Below, one piece after another: positions 36,440 to 45,301 of a stretch of DNA of 49,482 bases. Made by a program: the position numbers and the translations under genes. A model generated the notes under the pieces. That model ran no database searches, was not told where the DNA came from, and worked only from the letters and a program-made list of their open reading frames with translations. Origin of the DNA: Candidatus Methanophagales archaeon (GTDB lineage Archaea > Halobacteriota > Syntropharchaeia > Alkanophagales > Methanospirareceae). The DNA lies in assembly GCA_025966525.1 (NCBI GenBank), contig JAPDIG010000004.1:1-49482 (forward strand), read 5' to 3'. Every line of letters starts with the position of its first letter. The first letter of the stretch is position 1.

Positions 36440-37774
36440 TCAAACTTTCTCTTCTTTCTGCAATTTCGCCTTCACTTCCGAAACTGCTTCCCCATCACCA
36501 AATAATATTTTTAATGCATCCCCAACCGAAATATCCTCCACACTCCTTACTACCTTGCCTTCCGGCAATCGCGAACATATACAGTATCCTCTGTCGAGGA
36601 TTGCCAAAGGACTCAAAGCATCCAGTTTGCCAGTAAGAACCTGCAAGCTTTTCTTATGCAATGCTACGAGATGTGAAATTTCGGCGAGCATACTCCTCTT
36701 TATTTCATCTACTGTCTGCCGGTATTGGTTTATCCTCTCCGTAGGCTTCCTAAATAGGATGTTCTTTTCCATGCTCTCTAACTTCCTTCTATGGAATTCA
36801 ACCGCTTTAAACACATTCTGTCGCATCCTCAGCTCTAAAGAACTCAAATTTCGCTCTATCTCTCGATTATCCGGTACAACTAACTCAGCCGCTTCTGAAG
36901 GTGTCGCAGCTCGCTTGTCTGCAACAAAATCCGCGATAGTAAAGTCTGTCTCATGCCCCACTGCGGAGATTACAGGAATTTCAGATGAGAAAATCTCCCT
37001 TGCGACCATTTCTTCATTAAAAGCCCACAATTCTTCGATCGAACCCCCTCCTCTTCCCACCACCAGCACGTCTATCTTCATAAGCTCCGCATTCACCCGG
37101 TTCATCACACGAATGGCGTTTACTATCTGCCAGGGTGCTTCCTCTCCCTGGACTGCAACTGGCGCCAGCAGAATATGCACATGCGGAAATCTTCTCTTTG
37201 TAATGTTCAGAATGTCTCTGATGGCAGCACCGGTAGGTGACGTGATAATGCCTATTCGACGTGGGAAGCTCGGTATAGGCTTCTTATATGCGATATCAAA
37301 CAAACCTTCTTCCCTTAATTTCTTCTTTAACTGCTCAAATGCACGGTATAGAGCACCTATCCCCTCCTCCTGTATCTCCTCCACATATAACTGATAGTTT
37401 CCCCGCTTCTCATACACGCTTATATGACCCCTTACTATTACACTCATCCCGTCTTCTGGTGTGAATCTCAATCCAATGTTCTTTTCCCTGAACATCACGC
37501 ATCGTAACTCCGAAAAATTATCCTTTAGCGTGAAGTATAAATGGCCGGAAGTAGGCTGTGAGAGGTTAGAAAGTTCTCCCTTTACATAAACGTCGCTCAG
37601 TATTTCATCCTCGTCCAATCTCTCTCTTATATGTCTTGTGATCTCCTGGACGGTGAATATGCGGGGTGTTTCTTTCTCTTCCATCTCCTCTTCTGCCGTG
37701 ACATGCTCTTCCCTCTCATCTGTTTTCAAGTGTAAGAAATCCGTTAATGTGATTCCCTTTCTTAGCTTCCCCAT
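36440..37774 (-). CDS. xseA: Exodeoxyribonuclease VII large subunit
   Basis: GELSN..SGHLYFTLKD, ITSPTGAAIRD, GRGGGSIEELWAFNEE, SAVGHETD, TPSEAAE and L.RGY motifs. Confidence 0.96.
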   Translation of the reverse strand: MGKLRKGITLTDFLHLKTDEREEHVTAEEEMEEKETPRIFTVQEITRHIRERLDEDEILSDVYVKGELSNLSQPTSGHLYFTLKDNFSELRCVMFREKNIGLRFTPEDGMSVIVRGHISVYEKRGNYQLYVEEIQEEGIGALYRAFEQLKKKLREEGLFDIAYKKPIPSFPRRIGIITSPTGAAIRDILNITKRRFPHVHILLAPVAVQGEEAPWQIVNAIRVMNRVNAELMKIDVLVVGRGGGSIEELWAFNEEMVAREIFSSEIPVISAVGHETDFTIADFVADKRAATPSEAAELVVPDNREIERNLSSLELRMRQNVFKAVEFHRRKLESMEKNILFRKPTERINQYRQTVDEIKRSMLAEISHLVALHKKSLQVLTGKLDALSPLAILDRGYCICSRLPEGKVVRSVEDISVGDALKILFGDGEAVSEVKAKLQKEEKV

Positions 37775-37776
37775 TC

Positions 37777-38373
37777 CTATTCTCCCAATCTCTTCACATA
37801 CACATCCTCATAAATAGGTCCTTTAGGCGTAAGCGTGCTGTGCTTTAATTTTATTTCATTCACGTGCATCTCCCCCACTTCTACCTCTCTCAACTCAGCT
37901 ATCTTCTTCAACAGCCGTCCTATTTCATCCTGTGTCCTTGCTCGTGACCCCATTTTTACCCTGCACAACGTAACGTGTGAACTGAACCGTTTTTCAAGCG
38001 GGAATCCCAGCGCATGCATCTTGGATTCCACTCCCCTCTGCAACGCTTTCAACTCTTCCACGCCCTTTTCCATACCTACCCATATAACCCTTATGTTTCT
38101 CACTTTTTCCGGCGAAGCCGCTGGGAAGAAGCCCACACCTCTCAACACTATATCAAATGGCTGTTGACTTATCTCCTCTAATGCTCTTTTAACCTCCTCT
38201 ATTCGATCCTTTGGAATGTCACCCAAAAATTTCACTGTTTGATGTGCCTGCTCAGGCTTCACAAATTTTAATTTTAGCTTTTCTTGTATATCCAAATCTA
38301 AAAACAGCCTTTGTATTTCCTTTATCTTCGCTCTTATCTCCTCAGACAGGTCCACCGCGATAAATGCCCTCAT
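37777..38373 (-). CDS. thpR: RNA 2',3'-cyclic phosphodiesterase (2H phosphoesterase)
   Basis: MRAFIAVD, H.T motifs (HQTVKFLG, HVTLCR), STLTPKGPIY. Confidence 0.92.
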   Translation of the reverse strand: MRAFIAVDLSEEIRAKIKEIQRLFLDLDIQEKLKLKFVKPEQAHQTVKFLGDIPKDRIEEVKRALEEISQQPFDIVLRGVGFFPAASPEKVRNIRVIWVGMEKGVEELKALQRGVESKMHALGFPLEKRFSSHVTLCRVKMGSRARTQDEIGRLLKKIAELREVEVGEMHVNEIKLKHSTLTPKGPIYEDVYVKRLGE

Positions 38374-39362
38374 GAATCTTTCCCTTTATTACAAAACACT
38401 TTCTTTCTAAATTTCTTTTCCAAAGAAAGGTTGTTTGGTAAAGCTATTCTTTCTAAGAAAAGGTTTAATTTTAACATTCTTGAGAGTGTGCGTTGCCGCT
38501 TCTCCTCCTCACGCTCTTGATACGTCCTTATCGCCCTGAGAAGGTCTATTCTTCTGAATTCGGGCCAGAAAGGAGCGCAGAAATAAGCTGCACATTCGTT
38601 CCCCAACGCTTGCCAGGGCACGAAATTGCTCACTCTCTGCTCACCTCCGGTCCTTATTAACAAATCTACACTCGTTTTTGCTCCAGAAGCAGAAGCCGAA
38701 GAACCATTTTCTATCTCACTTATGTACAAATGCCTTGATATCGTCTCCTCATTTATGTCCTCTACTGATAGCAAGCCTCTTTTTATCATATTCGCGATTA
38801 TGTACACCGAATCAACTATCTCCATCTTGCCACTATATGCCACCGCGATGAACAATTTGAATTTGTTATAATTCCCGGTTGCGTTTTCAGCTTTTTTTAT
38901 CGCCTCTTTTACTGATTCGGGTAGCAAATTGATATTCCCTATCGCTTTTACCCGCACCCCTCTCTTATGGACTCGTTCATCCCTGCTTATCTTCTCGAAC
39001 TCCCTGCGCATCAGTGCAAATAGCTGCTCTTTCTCTTCATCCGTCCTGTAAAAGTTCTCAATAGAAAAAGCATAAATCGTGAGTTGTTTCACTCCTATAT
39101 CAAAGCACCACTCGATCACTTCCTCCGTTATCTCCGCTCCATAGAGATAACCTTCCTCTGTGGAAACTCCCATCTTCTCCGCATATCTTCTATTGCCGTC
39201 CATGATTATTGCTACATGTTCGGGCAGGGGCTTCTCCAATATCTCTTTCTCCAGTAATTCCTCGTATTCTCGATAAACATTATCTCGCAACCAACTGCGT
39301 ATCCCCACAGCTTTACGGAGTGCAAAGAACTTCATTCCGTTATTTTTTATCCTTGTCGTCAT
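38370..39362 (-). CDS. uppS: cis-Prenyltransferase (undecaprenyl diphosphate synthase family)
   Basis: HVAIIMDGNRRY, YAFSIENF, IRTGGEQRVSNF and WPEF motifs. Confidence 0.95.
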   Translation of the reverse strand: MTTRIKNNGMKFFALRKAVGIRSWLRDNVYREYEELLEKEILEKPLPEHVAIIMDGNRRYAEKMGVSTEEGYLYGAEITEEVIEWCFDIGVKQLTIYAFSIENFYRTDEEKEQLFALMRREFEKISRDERVHKRGVRVKAIGNINLLPESVKEAIKKAENATGNYNKFKLFIAVAYSGKMEIVDSVYIIANMIKRGLLSVEDINEETISRHLYISEIENGSSASASGAKTSVDLLIRTGGEQRVSNFVPWQALGNECAAYFCAPFWPEFRRIDLLRAIRTYQEREEEKRQRTLSRMLKLNLFLERIALPNNLSLEKKFRKKVFCNKGKDS

Positions 39363-39387
39363 TTATCTCTTCATGCCCTTACTTTAG

Positions 39388-40938
39388 TCAGCTTCCAAAG
39401 TCCATCACCTTCGCCTTCATATCGGAAAGCTCTACAAGCGTTGCACACCCCGGAACAGGGGTTATATCCCTCTTTTTCTGATATGGTGTTTGTGATTGCC
39501 ACGCTCCGGAATTTATAAGTAATACATTCCGATATTTAGAAATACCAACGGTATGAGTATGCCCGCAATGGAATATGTCAGGAACGGGGTCAATTACTCC
39601 ATAATCGTGCCCGTCAGGAACAATAGAGACCATATTCCCGTATATTGGGGCAATATGTCGCCTTCTAAGCATCTCAACCATCGTTTCATCGGGATTTGAG
39701 TAATTCAGCCGCGATACCGAGTTAACAAAATCATCGTATGATTGCCCATGATATATCAAGACAAGCTTGCCTCCAATCTTTATGTATGCGGGATTGCTCA
39801 CAAAGTACGTATTATTAGGGAAGAGCTTCCTGAGGTTCTCTGGTAAGGGAGGTTGTGGCTCTGCACTTCGAACGGCATCATGATTTCCAGGTGCTACCAC
39901 CACGTGTATATGAGAGGGGAAATCGTGAAAATATCCTGCCGCTGTTTTATATTGCTCTTCTATATCCATAATTGACAAATCGTCCTCCTGACCCGGATAT
40001 ACACCTATTCCATCCACGATATCGCCAGCAACAATTAGATACGCAATTCCCATGCTTTTGGCTTCGTCTTTCAACCACTGCACGAAACTACCCCACGATT
40101 CTTCCAAAAATGTGTTGCTTCCAACATGCATATCAGAGATGAATACCGCATATACGGGTCTTTGCTCCTCATGCCCTTCTTTTTTCTCGTCAGAACTATA
40201 TCCATAATTGGTATCGGAGTTGTGATTGGAATTGGATTTGAATGAAAAAGGTAAAGGTGATTGAGAAGTTGAAGATGGGAAAGGCACATCAGGGTGTACT
40301 ACCCTATTTGCAAACAAAAAACCCCCGTCAGATAAAGAACCGGTAACGCCTATTACCTCATCAGGTATTATTTCCTCTTGACGTGGCAAGATAATCACGA
40401 AATTCCCCGTAGGGTCTTCCAATTCCACGCGGAGATTCCCTTTTGCCGTTTTGTTTATCGAAGAAACCATTCCCACCACCGATACCTCTTCGCTTCTCCT
40501 TCCATTTTTAATAAATCTTATCTGTCCGCAGTTCATCCTCCGTTTTATTATCCCGCTTATCCGTTCATATCTATCGAGGAAATGCGGTAAAAAATCTTTG
40601 CGGTTCACACCACTTCGGCTATCCACGAACGATTTAATTATAGCTGGTTCAGGTACGGATGCTTGCGGTTGTTTTTGGAAGCCGTTGTTTTCTCCCTTTT
40701 TTTCTCCATTTTCCGCCCGGCTATTTTTGAGAAATTCGGCTATATGCCCGGTAGAAATCACAAAAATCGAGGGGTCTAACGAATTAGTCATGCTTTTCAC
40801 TATTTCGTTTACATCGAGGTGACTTTCGGCTTCAGATTGATTCAATAGTTCAATCGCTTCTGGCTGGACTTGAAATCCCAAATCGGCAAACCTCTTTACT
40901 ATTTCTATCCCATTCTTTTTGCCATTTCTCACAGCCAT
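39388..40938 (-). CDS. polB: DNA polymerase D small (proofreading) subunit DP1
   Basis: ISDMHVGS, AGDIVDGIGVYP, PGNHD, YHG.S, RRHIAP and GHTH motifs. Confidence 0.95.
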   Translation of the reverse strand: MAVRNGKKNGIEIVKRFADLGFQVQPEAIELLNQSEAESHLDVNEIVKSMTNSLDPSIFVISTGHIAEFLKNSRAENGEKKGENNGFQKQPQASVPEPAIIKSFVDSRSGVNRKDFLPHFLDRYERISGIIKRRMNCGQIRFIKNGRRSEEVSVVGMVSSINKTAKGNLRVELEDPTGNFVIILPRQEEIIPDEVIGVTGSLSDGGFLFANRVVHPDVPFPSSTSQSPLPFSFKSNSNHNSDTNYGYSSDEKKEGHEEQRPVYAVFISDMHVGSNTFLEESWGSFVQWLKDEAKSMGIAYLIVAGDIVDGIGVYPGQEDDLSIMDIEEQYKTAAGYFHDFPSHIHVVVAPGNHDAVRSAEPQPPLPENLRKLFPNNTYFVSNPAYIKIGGKLVLIYHGQSYDDFVNSVSRLNYSNPDETMVEMLRRRHIAPIYGNMVSIVPDGHDYGVIDPVPDIFHCGHTHTVGISKYRNVLLINSGAWQSQTPYQKKRDITPVPGCATLVELSDMKAKVMDFGS

Positions 40939-41390
40939 TCCTTTACCTTCGCTTCTAAATATTGCTTTGGCAGCGCTCCTTGTATGACGTCCACAGGCTC
41001 ACCATTTTTAAAGATGAACAAGGTGGGTATAGCCATTATCGCAAATTCAGTAGCTACTCGCGGGTTCTCATCCACATTAAGTTTTCCAAATACGACTTTA
41101 CCGGCATATTCTTTTGACAATTCCTCTATTACCGGCGCAACCATTCTGCAAGGAGCACACCAGGGAGCCCAACAATCCACAACGACCAGTGGATATTTCC
41201 TTACAGTTTCTACAAAGCTATCGTCATCTATCGTCAGAGGATGGTCTATTATCCCCTCTTCTTTCTTTCTACCTTCTTTCATTGCTTTTATCTCCGCTTC
41301 CATCTCTCGCATCTTTCGCTCCTTTATTCTCTCTATCTCCATCTCCTCTTCCGTATAATTTATACGATTTTTTCCTCTTTCTTCTCTCAT
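40929..41390 (-). CDS. trxA: Thioredoxin with N-terminal charged helix
   Basis: WAPWCAPC, LNVDEN and IPT motifs. Confidence 0.93.
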   Translation of the reverse strand: MREERGKNRINYTEEEMEIERIKERKMREMEAEIKAMKEGRKKEEGIIDHPLTIDDDSFVETVRKYPLVVVDCWAPWCAPCRMVAPVIEELSKEYAGKVVFGKLNVDENPRVATEFAIMAIPTLFIFKNGEPVDVIQGALPKQYLEAKVKEWL

Positions 41391-41469
41391 ATCTCTTCCT
41401 CGGTATTTGTTGATTTTTAAGGTATAGTATTGAATTTGATAAAACTTGTGCTTTATACATAAGAAAGTT

Positions 41470-41628
41470 TTTTGTGCCGTATTGTGGTTGCCTCTAAACG
41501 GTCATTGCCATCTTTCGAAGGAGGCGTACCGCAGGGACCGTGCAATACGGCGAGGTTTGTAGCCCTTCGTTTGCCATAGTGATCATCCTTCGCTTTTCCG
41601 CGAGGTCACACTACTCTTCGAAAAGGGC
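41470..41628 (-). ncRNA. Two-hairpin box H/ACA pseudouridylation guide RNA
   Basis: Hairpin 1 GCCCTTT/GAAGGGC with a K-turn-like TGA/ATGA pair and ACA (41558-41560). Hairpin 2 GCCGTATTG/CAATACGGC with ACA (41473-41475). TATA box upstream; GC-rich island in an AT-rich gap. Confidence 0.85.
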
Positions 41629-41650
41629 ATTTTTATATCTATTCTTCTTA

Positions 41651-41658
41651 TACTTAAA
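41651..41658 (-). promoter_or_regulatory. TATA box of the H/ACA RNA
   Basis: TTTAAGTA on the minus strand, 22 nt before the first hairpin. Confidence 0.6.
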
Positions 41659-41659
41659 T

Positions 41660-43138
41660 CTAAAGATAATTCGATTTGGTGCTATGAAGGGGCACAGAAA
41701 AAGCTTTTTCCACTGATGGTCGATGGATAGCATTGTAAGAGCAGAAAGGAATTATTCGATGGTCAGGCGTGGCATAATGGATGCCGCATCTCTTAACCCT
41801 TTCCAGATCGAAATTATAGGCGTCCTGGAAGTGCATTGCACCGATAAAAAGCGCTTTGCGATGAAACTCCGCAAGAGCTTCTCGATTGCCTATTCCCAGT
41901 ATACTCGATAGTGAAGTCACAGAATCAATACCCTTTGGCGCCTTGTCCTTATCTATAAACCTCCTTAACGCAGATGCCAGTCCTGCTATTGCTCTTATTT
42001 TACCAATCCGCGATTTGCTTATCTCTTCTGCAGTATCCAGCAGGAACTCCATAAACCCTTCAACATCTATAAATTCGGTTATTGGTGTGAACCTCCCGTT
42101 TTCTACAAATACATACGTTGCGGCGCCGCAATGTGGGTGTACCGTGAATTCCAACTGTGGCACTTTCTTCCACGCTTCTACAAAATAAGAGACCGGCAGA
42201 ACAAAAGGTACGGGATAAAAGCTCTCTTTGGGTATTTCTCCGTCCGTTTGCTCTTCCAGAAGGTTTATGAAATCAGGAATTGTTATTCTTCCCTTTTTTC
42301 TCTCTGATTCATCTACTCTTCCTTCAAAAGCGATGGGTTGCGCATTCACACCCTTTACAATATCCAGGTTCTCGGCGGCAAATCGCACGATGTCCCCCAT
42401 CTGGTCGTCATTCACACCGCGCATAAGCGTGGGCACAAGCACTACACTTTTTAATCCGCCCCTCCTACAACTCTCTATTGCTTTTAACTTTGTTTTTAAC
42501 GCTGGTATCCCTCTTAATTTCTTATATGGCTCTTCAGTCACACCATCGAACTGCAAATAAACTGTATGCAAACCCGCTTCTTTTAGACGACTACAAAACG
42601 CTTCGCTCTTTGCCAGCGCTATTCCATTCGTTGCCACTTGAATATGCGAAAAACCAAGCTCACGTGCCATTTTTACTATATCTTCAAATCCCGCTCTTAT
42701 TGTCGGTTCACCACCCGCAAACTGTACCGCGGGGCAAGGGGGCATTTCACTCCTCAGTAGTTCCATCATTTCCCTCAACTGTTCCATCGTTGGCTCATAG
42801 ACGTAGCCTGTGACAGCAGCATTTGCAAAACACGTGGGGCATCTCTGATTGCACCTGTTCGTGAGGTCAATAAGTGCAAGTGCGGTAGAACTCTTATGCT
42901 CCGGGCAGAGACCACAATCAAAAGGGCAGCCCGTATCAGTTTTTGTGAGCGTGATCCCCGCCTTGCCCTCGTAGCGCCATTTTGAGAATTTGTTATATAA
43001 TGCAGCATCCGACCAGTATACGTCATCAAACTCACCATGCTTCTCACATTTCTTCTTTATCAGTATCCTGCCCTCGGATTCGTACACCTCCGCGTCTATA
43101 ACTTCGAGACATTCCGGACATAATGATTTCGTTTTCAT
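41660..43138 (-). CDS. tes: Tetraether lipid synthase (Tes / GDGT-MAS radical SAM)
   Basis: SLCPEC..C.KHG N-terminal metal site, GCPFDCGLC..H, TNRCNQRCPTCFANA, HPHCG, MHFQDAYNFDLERVKRCGIHY and PFCSYN motifs. Confidence 0.9.
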   Translation of the reverse strand: MKTKSLCPECLEVIDAEVYESEGRILIKKKCEKHGEFDDVYWSDAALYNKFSKWRYEGKAGITLTKTDTGCPFDCGLCPEHKSSTALALIDLTNRCNQRCPTCFANAAVTGYVYEPTMEQLREMMELLRSEMPPCPAVQFAGGEPTIRAGFEDIVKMARELGFSHIQVATNGIALAKSEAFCSRLKEAGLHTVYLQFDGVTEEPYKKLRGIPALKTKLKAIESCRRGGLKSVVLVPTLMRGVNDDQMGDIVRFAAENLDIVKGVNAQPIAFEGRVDESERKKGRITIPDFINLLEEQTDGEIPKESFYPVPFVLPVSYFVEAWKKVPQLEFTVHPHCGAATYVFVENGRFTPITEFIDVEGFMEFLLDTAEEISKSRIGKIRAIAGLASALRRFIDKDKAPKGIDSVTSLSSILGIGNREALAEFHRKALFIGAMHFQDAYNFDLERVKRCGIHYATPDHRIIPFCSYNAIHRPSVEKAFSVPLHSTKSNYL

Positions 43139-43228
43139 TATTCTCGTTTAACCGTTACGCAAGGTTTATTGAAAAGAGGGTAAATCATTGGAATATATAA
43201 AGTTAACTAAACATATTGGATATTAAAA

Positions 43229-43961
43229 ATGAAAGCACAAGTTTATGCAGATATTCTGCTCGTAATTGCTGCAGAGATATACGAGAGCGTATCTAAAAAT
43301 AAAAAACTAAGCAAGGAGTTGGAGGATTACCTTGATAAATGGTCGGAAAAGATTGTGGAACAAGTGAAGGAGAAACAAGGGGGGGTGGAATTTGGAATAG
43401 GATTCAGAGCAATTGTGAAGCTTGCAGGAAAGGTAAAGACGGAGGTAACTACCAGAGAAGTAACGAGAGAAGTCATGAGACCGAGATTAAACGATTTGAT
43501 TTCACAATATAAAAGTGAAGCACAGAAATGGGGAAGTTGACGATGGCGGTTACAATGTTATGAAAGAAATGGCATTGAAGCGAATGGAAAAGGATTTGAT
43601 AACTGAAGAAGCGATGGCGGAAGCGATAAAATCATCAGGGGGTATTCTTACAGAATTTGTGCGACTATTAAGGGATGCAGCAAACATTGCGAATATGGAA
43701 GACAGGAGCAGGATAAAAGAAGGCGATATGAAGCGCGTGGTTGCCGGGATAAGGAACGACTACATAAGGATTCTGGCTAAGGAAGACCTCGAGATACTGA
43801 ACGAGGTGAAGAGGACAAAAAGAAAAGAGGGGGACGAGGATAGATTTCAAGACTTGCTCTTCAGACTTGCTGTTCTTGAATATGCAAATAATGAGGTATG
43901 GTATGACGTACACCCGACAATTGAAGGAATTATTGAACGAGTTGAAGCTGGCGAGGGGTAA
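43229..43961 (+). pseudogene. Fragmented P-loop ATPase (SGG..R / LEY.N..WYDVHP type)
   Basis: Two frames joined near 43505 (..RPRLNDLISQ | NIKVKHRNG..SGGILTEFVRL..LEYANNEVWYDVHP). No Walker A or Walker B segment remains. Confidence 0.7.
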
Positions 43962-45294
43962 GAACTGCCTGATTTTCATTATTTCGAGGCGCCCTGCAAG
44001 GCTGAAGGAGTTGATAGCGTCAAAAGGCTTTGATGTTCGAGAAATATACTTGAGAGGAAGGGATAATCTGCTGGCGATGCTGCTGACATGGAATGAGACC
44101 ACTGAAAATACCTTATATTTGGTCCATGGGATTGGGAATCAATTCCCGTGGGTATTGCCATACTTGAATCTCCATCGTGATTTGTTCTTTGACATTAAAA
44201 GACCCATAGTAGTTGTGGGGAATGAATACGAGATAAAAGAGATACAAAAACATGCCCCTGACTGGTTCAGGTTCAGGAGCAGAACATACGAACTCAAAGA
44301 AGGGGAAGAAGAAGCGGAGCAGGGAGAAGACCTGGCAGGACTCGCGGAACTCTATTATCCACTGCCGGTTTTTGTGGCGGAAGAGAGCGAAGAAGAGATA
44401 AAGGAACGGATAAAGATAGACGAGTACTTGCTCAGTTCTGTGCACGATGATTATAAACTTGCGGAATTGTATATGAGCCTTTCGTTATCCTATTTTAAAT
44501 TGCGCGATTTTGAACACGGCGAGAAATATCTGCAGAAATCAAATGCGATAAGAGAGGAATTAAAAGACGATAAGGGTATTTTATTGAATTATACACGGCT
44601 TTCTTATATCTTCATCGCGTTAAGCGAGTTTGAAAAAGCAGTAGAGGCTTGCAATCATGCATTAAAGCTAAACTCTAATCTTACTGAGGCTTACTACAAT
44701 CGTGGTCTCGCATATGGAAATTTGAAGCAGTATGAGAGCGCAATCGCGGATTTCAGCAAGGCAATAGAGTTGAATCCGGAAGATACAGCGGCTTACTACA
44801 ATCGTGGCGTCGCTTATGCAGATTTAAAGCAGTATGAGAGTGCGATTGAGGATTATAGCAAGGCAATAGAATTGAATCCGAATCTTGCTGAGGCTTACAT
44901 GAACAGAGGTTTAACATATTCAAGAATCGGGCGATACGAAGAATCATCACGCGACTTAAAACATGCAGGTATTTTATTCTTCTATTCCGGAAGAGTGGAA
45001 GACTCTGCTGAGGCTTTTTCCTCTTGTTTCAAGTTGCCCCGTGATAAAATAGCAAGTGAAGATGTAATTTACAGTGGTCTTGCACTTTTGCTCATAACCA
45101 AAAATAGAGATATTGGAGATGAGTTAAAGCGAATGCGAATGCAAGCCGAACCAATGAGAAAAATATTTGAACTTGCGCTTATGAAGTTGCAAGGTGAAGA
45201 TATTTCCAGACAGATAGCGCTTCTTGAAGAGAAGGAGAAGAAAGCGAAAACAGATGAAATGATGCTTCTTTTTGATTTGTTAAAACAGTATTGA
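43903..45294 (+). CDS. TPR-repeat protein with N-terminal degenerate NTPase-like domain
   Basis: LNLHRDLF..PIVVVG..APDWFRFRS N-terminal domain; AYYNRG TPR units. Start ATG 43903 after GAGGT, overlapping the ATPase end. Confidence 0.85.
   Translation: MTYTRQLKELLNELKLARGKNCLIFIISRRPARLKELIASKGFDVREIYLRGRDNLLAMLLTWNETTENTLYLVHGIGNQFPWVLPYLNLHRDLFFDIKRPIVVVGNEYEIKEIQKHAPDWFRFRSRTYELKEGEEEAEQGEDLAGLAELYYPLPVFVAEESEEEIKERIKIDEYLLSSVHDDYKLAELYMSLSLSYFKLRDFEHGEKYLQKSNAIREELKDDKGILLNYTRLSYIFIALSEFEKAVEACNHALKLNSNLTEAYYNRGLAYGNLKQYESAIADFSKAIELNPEDTAAYYNRGVAYADLKQYESAIEDYSKAIELNPNLAEAYMNRGLTYSRIGRYEESSRDLKHAGILFFYSGRVEDSAEAFSSCFKLPRDKIASEDVIYSGLALLLITKNRDIGDELKRMRMQAEPMRKIFELALMKLQGEDISRQIALLEEKEKKAKTDEMMLLFDLLKQY
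44689..44898 (+). repeat. 102-bp tandem TPR-coding repeats
   Basis: GCTTAC recurs at 44689, 44791 and 44893; the first two units are highly similar at DNA level. Confidence 0.85.
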
Positions 45295-45301
45295 GGAGAA
45301 G

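Noticed and set aside
36555-37394. 279-aa plus-strand ORF and similar long antisense ORFs (7556-8155, 17407-17979, 33347-33928)
   Set aside because: Shadows of well-supported genes on the opposite strand, with no motifs of their own.
16254-41450. Recurring GAAAG-TTTTAT-like words at about 16254-16273, 29232-29250 and 41435-41450 as a dispersed repeat
   Set aside because: Each lies upstream of a gene in the matching orientation and fits an ordinary BRE/TATA promoter.
41470-41628. RNase P RNA, SRP RNA or riboswitch as the identity of the structured RNA
   Set aside because: Too short and lacking their conserved motifs; the twin hairpin-ACA architecture fits H/ACA.
44689-44898. TPR repeats as a diversity-generating retroelement TR/VR pair or a CRISPR array
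   Set aside because: In-frame 102-bp coding repeats with differences not restricted to adenines; no reverse transcriptase and no spacers.
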